Assembly: GCA_964016885.1 (NCBI GenBank)
Contig: OZ024752.1
Location: 44,020,001 to 44,084,000, forward strand
DNA: 64,000 nt
DNA from: Eledone cirrhosa
Taxonomy: Eukaryota
Direction of reading: 5' to 3'
Part shown: positions 60,870-64,000 of the stretch, in pieces
How positions within the stretch are numbered: the first letter of the stretch is position 1
Layout: every line of letters starts with the position of its first letter
The notes under the pieces: model-generated
Seen by the model: the letters and a program-made list of their open reading frames with translations, nothing else
Told to the model about the DNA's origin: nothing
Database searches by the model: none
Position numbers and translations under genes: made by a program

Positions 60870-61098
60870 TTAACCCTTTAGCATTTAAACCAGCCATATC
60901 TGGCCAGAACTCTTGCACCTCTTTCTGTTCAAACCAGCTGTAACCGGCCACTTATACATTCATTAAGGTATTGTTCTCAAAATAAATAATATCAAAATCT
61001 CATAGCTTCGATATTATGTAAGATAATAATGTGAAGTAAAGCCTTTACCATGAAAATACAATAGTATATATAGAGTTATGTAAATGTTAAAGGGTTAA
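60870..61098. mobile_element. Non-autonomous TTAA-flanked MITE (piggyBac-like ends), representative of at least 12 copies
   Basis: TTAA-CCCTTTAGCATTTA ... TAAATG(C/T)TAAAGGG-TTAA. Copies at about 21246-21448, 23571-23871, 26607-26833, 26570-26926 (host copy), 29156-29346, 32725-32941, 37041-37247, 40652-41115, 43795-44370, 48014-48636, 57021-57204 and 57860-58462. Confidence 0.85.
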
Positions 61099-61253
61099 GT
61101 CTTTCATACAATTTGATTGGCTTAAAACAGATCCGTGTGTAAAGTAGTGTATAAAATATGACAATATATATATTTTATTGTTATATATGTAGATTAAAAC
61201 ATTTAATATATGTGTGTGTGTGGTGTGTGGTGTGTGGGTGTGGTGTGCGTGAG

Positions 61254-61285
<32 letters not shown>

Positions 61286-63000
61286 TGTGTACATCACTCA
61301 ACATACAGCCCCCCCCCCCCTATTTAATCCTTAATCTCAGCCTCAAGACACTCCAAAATAGATATTATCAAATATAATTGCGTAGAGAATGATTTCAGAC
61401 ATTTCAATGTAAATTATAATCTTTGCCTTAAGACAACAAATAATCCGGAACATTCCTTCATAAACTCTTCCCATCCCCATCCCACGCACTCCCAAGAAGA
61501 AACATTATGCAACCATTAAAATTATATAAATTACTGGATTATTTCTATATTCATATGTGTGTATTATAGTGGAAGAAAGTGTTTCACGAATGTATGACTG
61601 CATCTGCACACTTTATATATATATATATATATTTAGTTTCTGAATTTGTTTAGCAAGATTCTTTATCTGAAATCGTGTGTTGAAACCGATATTGTTATAC
61701 TTATATATAATAAATTGAGGTGAAAGCAACTGGTGCGTGTGTTTCTTATTGGCAACATGACCCTCCCAAAGTATAACAATATATATATTTATATATCTAC
61801 ATAAGTCACAGCATCAATGCTTACCTGTGCAACACAACCTATGTCATACCAAGCCCTCAATGCACAGAGTTCTGGCCTCTGGCCACAGCTGGAACTTCTG
61901 ACTAGGTGTACCCAACCCTTCCAAAAGAAGCAAATATTTCAGTTTGGGGAAATATATCTTGAGACAGAATGAGAATTTATAACTTTCTGAGGTAGAGCAG
62001 CTAGCTCTTCACCTTGATTACAGGATGAGAGAAATGGAGCTTTTTACAGAAGTATCCACCACAACCGTCTCAGTAAATTAGACTTACTAACTGTGGAGCA
62101 GGAGGAAGGGTTTGTCGAGTGTCTAGGGGGTCAGTGATGTCGCGTAATCAGAACAATGACTGGTTTAGGCCTCTTCCTCTTGTCACGTTGATCAGAGGAC
62201 GAGATTGCCACATGAGTTCATGTCCTAGATTTCTGGTCAGAGGTTAGGAGTGTAGGGCTCGCGTGGATATCTGGACAAGATCAATGATAGGAGAGGAGCA
62301 CCCACGAGGTAGGCAAGGCTACGCCCTTCCTTTACAACATCAATAAATTATTTATCTGATGATAACTTTCGTCGCATTTAAAAATGTCAACAAAATGTTG
62401 ATAAATTAGAAGATGACTTCATACTAGCTGGCAATATATTTGCTGTTTGTTATTCTCTGAATTCAATAACACAATGGTAAAACATTGAAATGTTCTAGAT
62501 GAGTCAAAACACCAAAGACTGTTGATGCAATGCCCCAGCATGGACCCAGCTTGTCGGCTGGAACAAGTAATGGAGTAGATCTTGACTTAAGGGCTATTAC
62601 TTTGAAAGCTCTGCTGTTCGATCATGCATGATAAGAATTACCTTTTTCATGCCAACACCTTTGCAGTTATATTCGACTAATCCAACAGGGATATCAATCA
62701 AACGTAGCTCTCGGAAAAAATATTGGAAGCATCGAATTAGAAGCTTAAGTGGTTCTTGTTGTTTAGCTATATAATTAAATACATTCCAACTGTGACCATT
62801 CTGCAATTTTAGTGAGAATATAGGACTAAATTATCTTGTGCCCATTCTTTTCTCAAGACGACAAAGTGTGATTTGAAGGTGATTTGGTATCTATTTCTAA
62901 CACGTCCAGTGACAAACGAGAGGCTACAAAGTTGGCTCAAAAAAAGGAAAAAGAAAAGTGCACCATTGTAGAGGTAAACAGAACACTCACGATACCCATG

Positions 63001-64000
63001 GGTACAGCAGTGGTACAATATTGTACAGTGGTACAGTGGTACTGTGGTATTGTGGTACAGTGGTACTGTGGTATTGTGGTACAGTGGTACAGTGGTACTA
63101 TGATACTGTGGTACAGTGGTACAGTGGTACAGTGGTACAGTGGTACTGTGGTACTGTGGTACTGTGGTATTGTGGTACAGTGGTTCTGTGGTACAGTGGT
63201 TCTGTGGTACTGTGGTACAGTGGTACTGTGGTACAGTGGTACTGTGGTACAGTGGTACTGTGGTACTGTGGTACTGTGGTACTGCGGTACTGTGGTACAG
63301 TGGTACAGTGGTACAGTGGTACAGTGGTACAGTGGTCCAGTGGTACAGTGGTACTGTGGTACAGTGGTATTGTGGTACAGTGGTTCTGTGGTACTGTGGT
63401 ACAGTGGTACTGTGGTACAGTGGTACTGTGGTACTGTGGTACTGTGGTACAGTGGTACTGTGGTACAGTGGTACTGTGGTACAGTGGTACTGTGGTACAG
63501 TGGTACAGTAGTACAGTGGTACAGTGGTACTGTGGTACTGTGGTATTGTGGTACAGTGGTACAGTGGTACAGTGGTACTGTAGTACAGTGGTACTGTGGT
63601 ACTGTGGTACAGTGGTACAGTGGTACTGTGGTATTGTGGTACAGTGGTACAGTGGTACTGTGGTACTGTGGTACAGTGGTACAGTGGTACAGTGGTACAG
63701 TGGTACTGTGGTATTGTGGTACAGTGGTACAGTGGTACAGTGGTACTGTGGTACAGTGGTACTGTGGTACAGTGGTACTGTGGTACAGTGGTACAGTGGT
63801 ACTGTGGTACAGTGGTACAGTGGTACAGTGGTACTGTAGTAGTGGTACTGTGGTACAGTGGTACAGTAGTACAGTGGTAGTGGTACTGTGGTATTGTGGT
63901 ATTGTGGTACAGTGGTACTGTGGTACTGTGGTACTGTGGTACAGTGGTAGTGGTACTGTGGTATTGTGGTACAGTAGTACAGTGGTAGTGGTACTGTGGT
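63001..64000. repeat. 8-bp satellite (GTGGTACW)n running off the window
   Basis: Interspersed GTGGTACA and GTGGTACT units. Confidence 0.95.

Noticed and set aside
61820-62340. GC-richer block with a strong minus-strand donor (CAG|GTAAGC), candidate first exon
   Set aside because: No signal peptide or clear ORF; probably a decayed retroelement.
62958-63880. Trp/Tyr/Cys-rich ORFs
   Set aside because: Translations of the 8-bp satellite.

Overview
AT-rich, intron- and repeat-rich animal genomic DNA. The SINE/LINE/microsatellite landscape looks like a cephalopod (probably Octopus); this is an inference. Three spliced genes were reconstructed by hand. (1) The 5' two coding exons of LCMT1 (minus strand) lie head-to-head with (2) a complete 14-exon POLD3 (plus strand, about 466 aa, C-terminal PIP box). 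POLD3 converges tail-to-tail with (3) a large Tequila/GRAAL/neurotrypsin-like mosaic serine protease (minus strand, at least 36 in-frame exons). Its domain order is Cys micro-exon motifs-SRCR-C-type lectin-kringle-5xLDLa-PAN-LDLa-SRCR-LDLa-SRCR-trypsin, and its first exon was not found. Introns hold RTE and CR1 LINE remnants, a Penelope-like RT fragment, a Tc1/mariner remnant, tRNA-derived SINEs, a TTAA-targeting MITE family and many minisatellites. The most striking unannotated signal is a set of type I hammerhead-ribozyme folds (CUGANGA / GAAA / palindromic stem III / UH) in the protease introns. Several are tied to long fold-back palindromes whose axes fall on the ribozyme core, next to (TA)n tracts, consistent with Penelope-like pLTR or retrozyme remnants. 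All folds and gene models were read by eye and need computational and experimental confirmation.
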